Shown: piece by piece, positions 7,899 through 16,395 of the stretch | How the letters are laid out: each line of letters begins with the position of its first letter | Position numbering within the stretch: the first letter of the stretch is position 1 | Origin: a virus | Lineage: Duplodnaviria > Caudoviricetes | Reading direction: 5' to 3' (one strand) | Length of the DNA stretch: 26,524 bases | IMG/VR virus record: IMGVR_UViG_3300048576_000508 | Span: 1 to 26,524 of that record | Position numbers and translations under genes: made by a program | Notes under the pieces: model-generated | Seen by the model: only the letters and a program-made list of their open reading frames with translations | Told to the model about the DNA's origin: nothing | Database searches by the model: none

Positions 7899-10800
7899 CG
7901 GCTGGCCCTCTGTTGCATGCGGGTAAACTCTCGCACCAGTGTGCGAGCCTGCTCCCTGGTGGTTGTTACCGGCACGCTGACGCCTCCCGGGAAGGTGAGG
8001 TTGAGCGTGCCAAAATCAGCGCCGCCGCCGGCAGCCACCGCGCCCCCGTCGGCGAGCCGCTGCGACATGGCCGGCAGGCGACCAACCACTCCGCCCATCC
8101 GGTAGCCGATGCGGTCTTTGACCCGTTTGGAGAGTTCAGCGATGGCCACATCGAGGCGGCCGGCATTGAGCGCCCCCAGCGCCGGCTGGCCGGCAGCCAA
8201 GGACGCCCATTTGTTGATCATGTACTCGCCGGCTTCACCCAACAGGTTCACCTTGTCGCCGCCGCCCCAACCAGGCAGACTGCCGCCAGCCAGGATGTTG
8301 CGCACCCCGCCGCCAGAGGCCAGCGCCTGGATGGCGCCGCCGAGACGATAGCCGCGGATTGGCCCGCCGGTCGAACGCGATTCCACCGTCTTCACATTGA
8401 TGTAGACCGTGCGATCCTTATCCACGATCTTCTGAATGCGCTCCTCGACCACAACCAACTCGCGCAGCGCCGTGGAGCGCATGTTCTCCCAGTTCTCCAG
8501 CCATTTCTTTTCCGCTTCATCCATGCCGCTGGTCAGGTCGGCAAAGCCGCTTTTCTCGGTCAGGGCCTTCATGGCGGAGCCGGCAGCTTCCTCTTGCTGT
8601 TTGAGGATGGATATTGCCAACTCTCCGGAGGATTTCACCCCATCCATGGATGTTTTGAGCGCCTGCTGCTGGCTGACCACAACCTGCTCTCCGCTTTTCA
8701 CCTCAGTGTTCAAGCTGGTGTAGGCCTGCTTTGCGGCATCAGCATAGCCGACCGCTTCCTTCCACTTCGAGTCTGCGGTCAGGGTATCGCCCTGGGCAAA
8801 GGCCGCCTTGGCCTCGGCTGCAGCCTTTTTGGCGGCCGCCTCGTATTCCTGCGCTTCCTTCTTCTGATCCCTCCATGCGGAAACATCCGACATCCCGCTG
8901 CGAGAGAGCGCCCGCAACTCCGCTGCCAGCGATTGTTCCCGGCCGGCGATCTCGCTTTGCAGCCTCCGGACTTCGCTGGCGTACTCCTGATATTTCTTTT
9001 TCATGGCTTCCAGCGCTTCGCCGGTGGCCTGTCGCATGGTGGTCGCGGATTGTTTGGTGGCGGCTTGCTGCTCTTTGGCTCCAGCCTTCCACTCACCGGT
9101 CAGCTGGTCATAATGCAGACGCCCGTCCTTAACGGCCTGGTCGAGCTCTTTCATGGAAGTCACCACCACCCCAGTCGACTGCGATATCTCCTGAAATCGG
9201 TCATTGACCAGCTTGGTGTTTTTATCCAGTTCCTTTTGGGCTTCGGCCGTGCCTTTGATGGCGTTGCGCATGGTGAGCCACTCGCCGAATTGATAACCGG
9301 CAAAAATGGCTGATACCGCCCTGAGCGCGCGCATTGCACTAGTCAACGTCACAACCGCCGGAACGGTTGTCGCCGATTGTACTCCAATGCCGGCAATGGC
9401 CATTCTGGCGACTGATGCCAGCTTTGACACCTGGTTAAATACCAGAGCGCCGGAGCCGATTGCGACCAGTGAGGCAGTGAATTTTGGCGCGGCCGTGGCG
9501 GCATCGGCAAACAACCGAATCGTCGTGGTGAGTGGTGTTAAAATGGTTTTTATAGCAGGAAGGTAGGCGGTTCCCAGCGCGACGGCGCCTTCAACGACAG
9601 CGTTCTTCATCAGCTGAATCTGCATTTCTGTTGTTTTTGTCCGCTCCAAAAACTCCTTATTCATCGAACCGGCATACTGGGTGCGATCTGCCACCTGATC
9701 GAGCGCGTCACGATAGGTGCCTAAACTGCCCACCAGCACGCCGACGTCGTCTTGAAACTCGCGGCCGAACAACCCGGTCAGCACTTCGGCGCGCTGCTGA
9801 CCAGAGAGCTCACTCAATGTTGAAAGCAATGTATCCAGCGCCTTCTGTGGGTTGGCCGCAACTTGGGCCGCCATCTCCTCAGCGGACATGCCTATTTTGC
9901 CAAGAGCATCCTGGAAATCAGCGCTCTGCATAGTGGCGGTTTGCATGCGGTTGAGCATAGCGTTGATTGAGGTGGCCGCAACTTCCGGGGCCTTGCCCAA
10001 CGAAAGAAACGCTGCCGCCAACGCCGCAGTGGACTCCTTGGCCAAACCAAATTGCCGCGACGTCCCCCCTACTCGCAGCATAACTTCGACAATATCCTTC
10101 TCCCGGGCGGCCGAAGTATTACCCAAACGGTTGATAGTGTCGCCGAGGCCTTCGACCTCGCCGACCGCCATCTGGTACACGTTCTTGATCTTGCCGATCG
10201 AGTCGCCTGCCTCCTGCGCCGTCATATCAAAAGCAGTCGCCATCTTGGCGGTTACCTTGACAAAAGCGCCGATATCCTGCGAGGCAATGCCCAGCTGCCC
10301 GCCGGCGGCCGCGATCTGCGCCAGTTCGTTGGCCGACATTGGGATCTCGCGGGTCATGGCGACAATCTCGCTGCGTAACGCTGCAAATGCTGCTGGGCTG
10401 GCATCCACCACCTTTTTTACATTCGCCATGGAGCTTTCAAACTTGATTGCCTGGCCGATTGCCAACACCATGGGCGCGGCAGCCACCGCCGCCTCGACCA
10501 TCCCCGCCTTGACGTTGCCCAACGATTCCCGCCATCCGTTGGTCCGCTTGGTCAGTTCGTCAATCCGCTCGCGCAAGGCCACCTTGGCCTGGGCCAGCTC
10601 CGCCATCGAGAGTTTGCCCGAAGCAGCCAGGCTCGCATAGGCCTGCTTCGCTTTATTGATCTCAGCGGAAATTTCGATGTGGGGCGTGAGGTTCAGGGTG
10701 TCTCGGGCCGATGCCACTTTGGCAAGATCCTGATACTTCTGCCGGGTAGCGTCGAGTTGCGATCGCAACGCCGATTGTTGACCAGCGAGTCCGGAGGTGG

Positions 10801-11161
10801 ATACACCTGCAGCCGCCATGGCAGTGCGTGTCTGCTGCAGCTGCTGTGTCTGGCTGCTGAGAGCATCCTTGAGCCGGCCGGCTTCAGTTTTAGCCCGCTC
10901 AAAATCCTTGGCCAGGGCGGCGCCGCCGGCCCCGGACTTGATCTCCTTGGCCAAAGCCGCAACCTTTTGTTGCGCTTCATCATAGGCCTTGGACGTCTCC
11001 TCAGTCTGTTTTTTGAGGTTGGTGAAGCCGTCGATCGATTGCAGGGCCTTGGTGATCTTGGCCGAGGCGCTGACAAAATCAGCCTGCACCTTGTCCAGGT
11101 TCGTCTTGACCGGGGACGAGTCAACGCCTATTTTGATTTCAAGTGCCGAGGAGGTTCCCAT
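7895..11161 (-). CDS. Tail tape measure protein, 1088 aa, TP901-family core
   Basis: Ala-rich helical sequence, core starting 'AIKFESSMANVKKVVD', hydrophobic segments, repeated C-terminal 'xxxGGxV/I' motifs, located after the chaperones. Confidence 0.95.
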   Translation of the reverse strand: MGTSSALEIKIGVDSSPVKTNLDKVQADFVSASAKITKALQSIDGFTNLKKQTEETSKAYDEAQQKVAALAKEIKSGAGGAALAKDFERAKTEAGRLKDALSSQTQQLQQTRTAMAAAGVSTSGLAGQQSALRSQLDATRQKYQDLAKVASARDTLNLTPHIEISAEINKAKQAYASLAASGKLSMAELAQAKVALRERIDELTKRTNGWRESLGNVKAGMVEAAVAAAPMVLAIGQAIKFESSMANVKKVVDASPAAFAALRSEIVAMTREIPMSANELAQIAAAGGQLGIASQDIGAFVKVTAKMATAFDMTAQEAGDSIGKIKNVYQMAVGEVEGLGDTINRLGNTSAAREKDIVEVMLRVGGTSRQFGLAKESTAALAAAFLSLGKAPEVAATSINAMLNRMQTATMQSADFQDALGKIGMSAEEMAAQVAANPQKALDTLLSTLSELSGQQRAEVLTGLFGREFQDDVGVLVGSLGTYRDALDQVADRTQYAGSMNKEFLERTKTTEMQIQLMKNAVVEGAVALGTAYLPAIKTILTPLTTTIRLFADAATAAPKFTASLVAIGSGALVFNQVSKLASVARMAIAGIGVQSATTVPAVVTLTSAMRALRAVSAIFAGYQFGEWLTMRNAIKGTAEAQKELDKNTKLVNDRFQEISQSTGVVVTSMKELDQAVKDGRLHYDQLTGEWKAGAKEQQAATKQSATTMRQATGEALEAMKKKYQEYASEVRRLQSEIAGREQSLAAELRALSRSGMSDVSAWRDQKKEAQEYEAAAKKAAAEAKAAFAQGDTLTADSKWKEAVGYADAAKQAYTSLNTEVKSGEQVVVSQQQALKTSMDGVKSSGELAISILKQQEEAAGSAMKALTEKSGFADLTSGMDEAEKKWLENWENMRSTALRELVVVEERIQKIVDKDRTVYINVKTVESRSTGGPIRGYRLGGAIQALASGGGVRNILAGGSLPGWGGGDKVNLLGEAGEYMINKWASLAAGQPALGALNAGRLDVAIAELSKRVKDRIGYRMGGVVGRLPAMSQRLADGGAVAAGGGADFGTLNLTFPGGVSVPVTTTREQARTLVREFTRMQQRASR

Positions 11162-11402
11162 GCGCTATTGGCTCACCACCCATCAAAGGGCTGTTACGTC
11201 TGCGGCGGTTATCGCCGCATTGCTGATTGCCGTCCAACCGGACCCCTTCACCATGCTGCTTGCCATGGGGCTGATGATCCTGGCCGCGTATTTTTTTATT
11301 GCCGTCTCCGGCCTGCTGCTGGGCAGGTTCGGTTTGATTGCAAGCACAGCGGCAAGCCTGATATGCATTGCCGCTGTGCTCATCTACCCGCTGATTCATT
11401 GA
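11160..11402 (+). CDS. Antisense small membrane protein, 80 aa with about 3 TM segments (moron-like)
   Basis: GAGGAGG RBS at 11148-11154, 5 nt before ATG 11160. Translation MRYWLTTHQRAVTSAAVIAALLIAV...LIYPLIH is almost entirely hydrophobic and fills the gap between the chaperone and tape measure genes. Confidence 0.65.
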   Translation: MRYWLTTHQRAVTSAAVIAALLIAVQPDPFTMLLAMGLMILAAYFFIAVSGLLLGRFGLIASTAASLICIAAVLIYPLIH

Positions 11403-11813
11403 GTTCTTCGATTGCCGCCTGAAACATCGGCCAACTGTACGATCCTGCCTGCGGATGCCCGAGCCGGATTACTCGGCAGATGTTGCGCCTGAGCCGCTCT
11501 GCCTTGGCGGCTCCAGTACATCCGCTATCGTAGTCAGCCGACTCAGCATTCGAGACAAAAAACCGTTTGTCGCAATCACCGCCTCCCAGACCTGGAAGAT
11601 TTCGTCCGGCGTTACCGGGCCTTCAAACCAGTCCGCCGAAAGGCCGGTGCTCGCCAGCACCGCATCAATGGGCACATCAGAGTCCATCAGCATCTCGGCA
11701 AGCGTGGCCTTTCGGGTTCCGTCCAACCCTGCCATCAAATCTGCGATCTGCGGGGCGGTCAGCGTTTTGGCGACAATATCCCTTCCGTTAATTGTGATAG
11801 TCTTTTCCATCAT
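11380..11813 (-). CDS. Frameshifted tail assembly chaperone (gpGT-like), about 144 aa
   Basis: A -1 shift at T TTT TTG opens 59 further codons (FVSNAES...ICRVIRLGHPQAGSYSWPMFQAAIEELNESAGR) ending at TGA 11380-11382. Confidence 0.75.
11469..11813 (-). CDS. Tail assembly chaperone (gpG-like), 114 aa
   Basis: Lies between the tube and tape measure genes and carries an in-frame slippery heptamer near its 3' end. Confidence 0.85.
   Translation of the reverse strand: MMEKTITINGRDIVAKTLTAPQIADLMAGLDGTRKATLAEMLMDSDVPIDAVLASTGLSADWFEGPVTPDEIFQVWEAVIATNGFLSRMLSRLTTIADVLEPPRQSGSGATSAE
11556..11562 (-). other. Programmed -1 ribosomal frameshift slippery site T TTT TTG
   Basis: Codons 84-86 read GGT TTT TTG, a correctly phased X XXY YYZ heptamer at the canonical G/GT position. 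Confidence 0.8.
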
Positions 11814-11818
11814 CGCCC

Positions 11819-12565
11819 TCAGCTCAGGAATATCAGATCATAGACCGCTGATCCGTCATCGGGTTTTTGGAAGGTGCCCGAAAACGAGACCTCCACAAAC
11901 TTGTCGCCGATCAAGGCCACCTCTGTTGTGGCTGCCAGGCGTACCTTTTTGCCGTCAAAAATAAATCCTTTGCCAGTCGACCGTTCCTGGCCGTCGACCA
12001 TAATCCGCGCCATGACGTTGGCCCGGGTTGCGCCGGTGATTTTTGAGCCGTTGATGGCCGCGTGCGAACACGAGAACTTGCACGACTGCAGGTCGGTAAT
12101 GGCGCCACCGGCCTTCGCCGCGATCAATCCCAACTTGGGGTTGATCTCATAATCCGTATCCAGCACATACACCGGGGTTCCCGAGGTGTGTTTCAATGCC
12201 GGAGAGCTGATCATCCGTTTGCCAATCTCGACATACCGGCCGAGCCGCATCTCCACATTTTGATCGGTAATCGTCCCCGAGGTCTGCGTCAACGTGGTGG
12301 AAACACCGCTGAACCCGGCGGCAAACAGCTCGGCGTCCAACTGGTTGAACACAAAAGAAACCGTATGCGGCTTGGGAATGGTGTCCGACGCCAGCACCGT
12401 GCCGAAATCTTCCCAGTTGGTGCTGGTGATCTCCTCGGTGTCGCTGTCGCCTTTGATGGAGATCTCCTTGCAGTTGCCCTTGAGCTGCAGCCCTGTGGGT
12501 GCTCCTGCGTCGTCAAAGATGTCCATCAACACCTTGCCTGCCCCTTTGAATGCGAAAGCGCTCAT
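11819..12565 (-). CDS. Major tail tube protein (siphophage type), 248 aa
   Basis: N-terminal 'FKGAGKV...GNCKEISI...EEITS' tube-like pattern, AAGGAG RBS, positioned between the terminator and chaperone genes. Confidence 0.85.
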   Translation of the reverse strand: MSAFAFKGAGKVLMDIFDDAGAPTGLQLKGNCKEISIKGDSDTEEITSTNWEDFGTVLASDTIPKPHTVSFVFNQLDAELFAAGFSGVSTTLTQTSGTITDQNVEMRLGRYVEIGKRMISSPALKHTSGTPVYVLDTDYEINPKLGLIAAKAGGAITDLQSCKFSCSHAAINGSKITGATRANVMARIMVDGQERSTGKGFIFDGKKVRLAATTEVALIGDKFVEVSFSGTFQKPDDGSAVYDLIFLS

Positions 12566-12741
12566 GCCTGTTGCTCCTTGGTTTTGGGTTTCGCTTCAAC
12601 CTGCTGCTTGGCAATCGCGCCCTTGCTCAACAGGTAGCCAGCATTTACATCATCCAGGTCAATGGACTCGTTCGGACGATACGTCTTGCCGTCGTGCTCG
12701 AGCATTCGCAGGACGTCATATTTTTTCATGTTCTCCGGCAT
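12562..12741 (-). CDS. Small virion-region protein, 59 aa (not in ORF track)
   Basis: GGAGG RBS, ATG 12741, MPENMKKYDVLRMLEHDGKTYRPNESIDLDDVNAGYLLSKGAIAKQQVEAKPKTKEQQA. Its stop overlaps the tube ATG (ATGA). Confidence 0.85.
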   Translation of the reverse strand: MPENMKKYDVLRMLEHDGKTYRPNESIDLDDVNAGYLLSKGAIAKQQVEAKPKTKEQQA

Positions 12742-12752
12742 ATTGCCTCCCG

Positions 12753-13148
12753 TTAAAAAATGTCCGGATAGACCTCAATGGTCATCCGTCCGGTGTAGAT
12801 CAACAGGGTCCCTTCAACCCCCTGGTATCTGAATTTCGGCACGCTTGCGGGTTCGACGCCCGTCGCCAACGGCTTCCACCCGGTGATACCATCCCGTACC
12901 GCGTCGATAATCTCTTCAATCTGCTCCTGAGCCTTGACCGGGTCGGTATAGCTCACCAGCAGGGCAATCTCGTAGGTCAACGACCTGTCCATTGCCGGAT
13001 CGTCGGCGACTCTGTCGTCTTCCAGCAGGAAGAAAATTGCTGCTGGCGGCGACTGCAGCGCACGCTGGCTGAACCCTGCCTCCACCACGCGAAAGGGGTA
13101 CGTCGCTGCAAGCCGGGCCTTGATGGCCGTGCGCAGATCTGCCAGCAT
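12753..13148 (-). CDS. Tail terminator/completion protein (Mu gp37-like), 131 aa
   Basis: Follows the gp36-like gene with a TAATG overlap. Size and alpha/beta pattern ('IIDAVRDGITGWKP') fit. Confidence 0.7.
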   Translation of the reverse strand: MLADLRTAIKARLAATYPFRVVEAGFSQRALQSPPAAIFFLLEDDRVADDPAMDRSLTYEIALLVSYTDPVKAQEQIEEIIDAVRDGITGWKPLATGVEPASVPKFRYQGVEGTLLIYTGRMTIEVYPDIF

Positions 13149-13588
13149 TACATCCGCTCCAGCAGGCTTGCCGGAAACATCCTGTCGTTGCCGGCGACCA
13201 ACATGTCGACCGCTGCCGTCGACACCGGCGTGGTTGCGGCGTCAACTCCCATGCCAGCCTCTCCGGACTGCACCCGCTTGAGATAGGCCAGGGCTGCAGC
13301 CCGCTGCTCTTTGATTGCCTCCGGAATGACTTCAATGTTGGGCCGGCGGGCAAAGAGGTTGAATATCCCCAGATCCACGGAGAATGAGCGGGCCAGTGCC
13401 GGTACCGGATTAAACGGCAGCACATACTTGCCGGCCGGCATGTGAGCGTCAATCACTGCGTCCGCCTTGGCGATCGCCCAGTCGATCCGGTCCTGGTCCA
13501 CCACGCCGCTGCCTCCGTCGTCAGTCAAGCCGACCAGCTCGACCTCAGCCATCTGCTCCAAAAAATCACTCAGGCTGCTGTAGGCCAT
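13148..13588 (-). CDS. Head-tail adaptor (Mu gp36/DUF1320 family), 146 aa
   Basis: Signature 'MAYSS...LTD...G.VD...I..AI..A...ID......Y.LP...VP...A..YL..V..G'. Confidence 0.9.
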   Translation of the reverse strand: MAYSSLSDFLEQMAEVELVGLTDDGGSGVVDQDRIDWAIAKADAVIDAHMPAGKYVLPFNPVPALARSFSVDLGIFNLFARRPNIEVIPEAIKEQRAAALAYLKRVQSGEAGMGVDAATTPVSTAAVDMLVAGNDRMFPASLLERM

Positions 13589-13907
13589 CGCCGATCCCCG
13601 TTAATTCCTTCTCACGCGCTTCGATCGCAGCCAGCACTGTTTTGCGCTCTTCGCCGGCTTTGAGTTCAGCCAAAACCTCCATGTTGCAAGCGGCCTTGGC
13701 GGCGGCAATTGCATCTGCAGCGCTCAGCTTGCCCGGCAGATCGTTAAGAGCCGGCTGGGCGGTTCCGACCATTTGCACCTTGCCCTGGGCAATGCGGCGG
13801 TTCGCCTCGCCAAGCAACATGTCCAATTCATCGCCAGGGCCATAGGTGGATCGATTGTCGCTGAGCATCGACCCGGGCAGCACCCGCACTTTGACATTTG
13901 TTCCCAT
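13566..13907 (-). CDS. Head-completion region protein (Mu gp35 position), 113 aa
   Basis: GGAGG RBS before ATG 13907. N-terminal 'TYGPGDELDM...A...IAQGKV' and C-terminal 'ERKTVLAAIEAR' motifs. Confidence 0.7.
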   Translation of the reverse strand: MGTNVKVRVLPGSMLSDNRSTYGPGDELDMLLGEANRRIAQGKVQMVGTAQPALNDLPGKLSAADAIAAAKAACNMEVLAELKAGEERKTVLAAIEAREKELTGIGDGLQQPE

Positions 13908-14053
13908 CAACGGAACCTCCGCATCATTCCTTCAAGCGCATCAACAAAGATGCCGTGGCAACCGCGGGGCACTCGCCGTAGCTCGTTGTCACGGCGGAGC
14001 CGCTTGAGCAGGCCCGCCCGATGCTTGCTTTTTCTTTCTTTGATTCGTTTCAT
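13907..14053 (-). CDS. Very basic small protein, 48 aa (not in ORF track)
   Basis: GGAGG RBS, ATG 14053, MKRIKERKSKHRAGLLKRLRRDNELRRVPRGCHGIFVDALEGMMRRFR, TGATG overlap with the next gene. Confidence 0.7.
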   Translation of the reverse strand: MKRIKERKSKHRAGLLKRLRRDNELRRVPRGCHGIFVDALEGMMRRFR

Positions 14054-14069
14054 TGGCTGCTTCCTCCAG

Positions 14070-14097
14070 AAAGGGGCACGGCGTTCCGTGCCCCTAC
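14070..14097 (-). terminator. GC-rich hairpin after the capsid gene (attenuator or mRNA stabiliser, REP-like)
   Basis: GT-AGGGGCACGG-AACG-CCGTGCCCCT-TT is a perfect 10-bp stem about 15 nt after the capsid stop. The U-tract is short. Confidence 0.6.
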
Positions 14098-14112
14098 GAT
14101 TTCACCCTATGG

Positions 14113-15108
14113 TCAGACCACCACCGCCCAAACTACGCACAGCGGCTGAAAGAACACCGGCAGCGGACGGCTCTCCACCTTGAGCCACTGACCGGAAGGG
14201 TCTTGCACCTCCCACATTTTGGAAAAAAAGATGTCCGCTGCCTGACCCTTGCCCACGCCTCCCGGGGCCTGCAGATCCACTACCGGCGCAAACAGCTCGG
14301 CCGCAACTTGAGACCCAAGCCCGACTAAACAAAACACATCCTCAGGAATGAGATCAAACCGAGTGCCGGAACTGTTGAGATACGAGCCGAAGTACTCTTC
14401 GATGCTGCTCACTCCCGCCAGCTTGGAAATGCCTCCGGTCTCAGCGATCTGCTGGCCGGCCTGAAAGCCAAGCAGCCCTCGCACGGACTCGTTGTTGATC
14501 AGTGCGGTCATCGCGTCCGATCCGCAAAATGCGGCAAAACCAGTAACCGGACCACCGTTCTGGGTAATCAACTTCTTCCAGGCGCGGATATTGCCGATCG
14601 GGTCGGAAGCTGCATCGGTCCACAGCGCCGTGCTGGTCAAGGTCGGGGTGTGGGCCGCCGGCAGGTTGTAATCCACGAGCACATTGCCGTCCTTGTCCAC
14701 CACTTGGCCAGACAAGGCCTTGCAGGCCTGAAACTCGCGGGTCAAATCAACCGTCTGCCGCATGTCGTACTGCTCTTCCGCGATCCGCTCTTTGAGCAGC
14801 TCCGGATAGGATGCATCGCCGAATTTGCGCATGTCGTTGAGCTCGGCCGCGGTGATGAACTCCTTCTCCGCATAACGCGGCGCCTTACACGTCAGGTTTT
14901 TGCGGCCAATCCCCCCTCGCACCGTTGCCTCAGCGGCCACGCTGATGTTGGGCAGCAATCCTTCGGATCCAGCCTTCACGTCCCAACTAAACGTGTCGCT
15001 CAGCTGTCGCTTCTTGGTCGGGAACACCACATCCAGCACCCGCGTGGGCGCAGGCTTCATCAAATTGACCGCTGTGGTCAACGCCCTGGGGCTAAATTCT
15101 CCAGCCAT
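14113..15108 (-). CDS. Major capsid protein, lambda gpE family, 331 aa
   Basis: AAGGAG RBS. Motifs 'REFQACKAL.G', 'VDY', 'W....SDPI' and terminal 'DPSG.W...ESRPLP' are typical of capsid protein E. Confidence 0.92.
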   Translation of the reverse strand: MAGEFSPRALTTAVNLMKPAPTRVLDVVFPTKKRQLSDTFSWDVKAGSEGLLPNISVAAEATVRGGIGRKNLTCKAPRYAEKEFITAAELNDMRKFGDASYPELLKERIAEEQYDMRQTVDLTREFQACKALSGQVVDKDGNVLVDYNLPAAHTPTLTSTALWTDAASDPIGNIRAWKKLITQNGGPVTGFAAFCGSDAMTALINNESVRGLLGFQAGQQIAETGGISKLAGVSSIEEYFGSYLNSSGTRFDLIPEDVFCLVGLGSQVAAELFAPVVDLQAPGGVGKGQAADIFFSKMWEVQDPSGQWLKVESRPLPVFFQPLCVVWAVVV

Positions 15109-15133
15109 TGTTCACTCCTTGCCCGGTGGGCGA

Positions 15134-15475
15134 TTAAACGAAATAGATGCCCTTGGCTTCCAGGGCGAGCTTGTAGGCAGCCGTCAGGCCGGTCATGCTG
15201 GCCTCCACGTAGACGCCGGCAAACCCTACCACCGCTTTCACGTCGGCGCTGGCGGCCGCCGCATCTTCCATCAGCACACCCACCGCTGTTCGGGAGCCGT
15301 CATCGGTGTTGGTGGATGCTGCGGCCACCAGCTTGCCGCTGGCAGTGATGCGGCCAAGGATTGTCCCTTTGACCAGGTTGGCGCCGGCGGCGATGGTTCT
15401 GCCGGGAATCAACACCGGCCCGTAATTGTCGGACGCCACATAGGCGTCCATGGAGAGCGTTGCTTCAGTTACCAT
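15134..15475 (-). CDS. Head decoration protein, lambda gpD-like, 113 aa
   Basis: Signature 'TIAAGANLVKGTILGRITASGK...DGSRTAVGVLMED', immediately before the capsid gene. Confidence 0.9.
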   Translation of the reverse strand: MVTEATLSMDAYVASDNYGPVLIPGRTIAAGANLVKGTILGRITASGKLVAAASTNTDDGSRTAVGVLMEDAAAASADVKAVVGFAGVYVEASMTGLTAAYKLALEAKGIYFV

Positions 15476-15502
15476 TGTGTGCTCCTCTCAGCGTGGCCGC
15501 AC

Positions 15503-15952
15503 TTATGCTTTGGCCGGATTGACTTTGGCGGCGATCTCTTTACCCAAGGCCTCGGCCTCGGAGTAATCGTCCGTCTGCTCTTCTTTTTTCTCAGGCTTGA
15601 CCATCTCCTTGAAAAGCGGATGCTCGGCAAAGGAGTGGATGAACCGCTTGAACCATTCGAGCGGCGCCTCACGCTTGCCCTCGCTGAACTCATAGGTTTC
15701 TTCCCGGGCGTCAAGCGCGCCCATGAACTCGGCCAGGCCCTGGCCCTTCCAGGCCGGCAAAATCTTGCCGTCTTGGACGCCCTGATCAACGAATGCGGCA
15801 ATCTCCTGTTTTTTGGTCTGGGCCTGAAGTTCGGCGAAATTGGTTTGAGCTTGTTTTTTATCAGCTTCAGCCTGGGTGGCCTGGCCCTCGGCCAACTCGC
15901 GTTTTTTGCGCTCGGCGGCCAGTTCCTGCTGCAATTTTTCCAGTTCGGTCAT
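15503..15952 (-). CDS. Nested scaffolding protein (Mu gpZ-like), 149 aa
   Basis: In-frame ATG 15952 with GGAGG 8 nt upstream, exactly at the start of the coiled-coil region (MTELEKLQQELAAE...). Confidence 0.7.
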   Translation of the reverse strand: MTELEKLQQELAAERKKRELAEGQATQAEADKKQAQTNFAELQAQTKKQEIAAFVDQGVQDGKILPAWKGQGLAEFMGALDAREETYEFSEGKREAPLEWFKRFIHSFAEHPLFKEMVKPEKKEEQTDDYSEAEALGKEIAAKVNPAKA

Positions 15953-16375
15953 ACCTGCGTCCTCCATCGTGTCCGCAAATTCATAGGTGTCCGCCGCAGA
16001 TCCGGCAAACTCGATATCCTTCAGCCCTTTTACCGCCGGCGGCTGGCCGCCCAAAAAGCCTACATGCCGCAAGGTCCCATCCGGGTACAGCGAGATAGAC
16101 CGCTTTTTGTAGCGCCCAGCTTTAACCAACTCGGCAAACTCTGGCGCCACCTGGTCGGGCAAGGCCAGCAATGTGTCGCCGTCGACCCGCAACGCCTTGA
16201 TCCATCCATAGGCCGGATCGTTGTCTTTTGGGTGCCCCACCACGATGGGCGCCTGGTGAAGACGCGGATCATAGGCCTCGGCCATCCGCACCAAATCGTC
16301 CACGCTCCAGTCGCGTTCGGATCCACTCGACGAAACATGCTTCCCGGCCCTGAACACTTCCATCCACTGCTTCAC
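15503..16375 (-). CDS. Prohead protease/scaffold (Mu gpI-like), 290 aa
   Basis: Start moved to GTG 16375 (AGGAGG RBS). Motifs 'EVFRAG.H', 'APIVVGHP...PAYGW', 'YKKRSIS', 'LRHVGFLG..PPAVKGL'. Confidence 0.9.
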   Translation of the reverse strand: MKQWMEVFRAGKHVSSSGSERDWSVDDLVRMAEAYDPRLHQAPIVVGHPKDNDPAYGWIKALRVDGDTLLALPDQVAPEFAELVKAGRYKKRSISLYPDGTLRHVGFLGGQPPAVKGLKDIEFAGSAADTYEFADTMEDAGMTELEKLQQELAAERKKRELAEGQATQAEADKKQAQTNFAELQAQTKKQEIAAFVDQGVQDGKILPAWKGQGLAEFMGALDAREETYEFSEGKREAPLEWFKRFIHSFAEHPLFKEMVKPEKKEEQTDDYSEAEALGKEIAAKVNPAKA

Positions 16376-16395
16376 TTGCCCCTCCTTTTGAACCG

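Noticed and set aside
6804-9313. Long + strand ORFs of 433 and 466 aa
   Set aside because: Antisense shadows of GC-rich tail genes, with no recognisable motifs.
11183-11383. 66-aa - strand ORF overlapping the gpGT stop (ATGA)
   Set aside because: Unremarkable composition and weak RBS. The opposite-strand membrane ORF has a strong RBS and coherent TM pattern. Not fully excluded.
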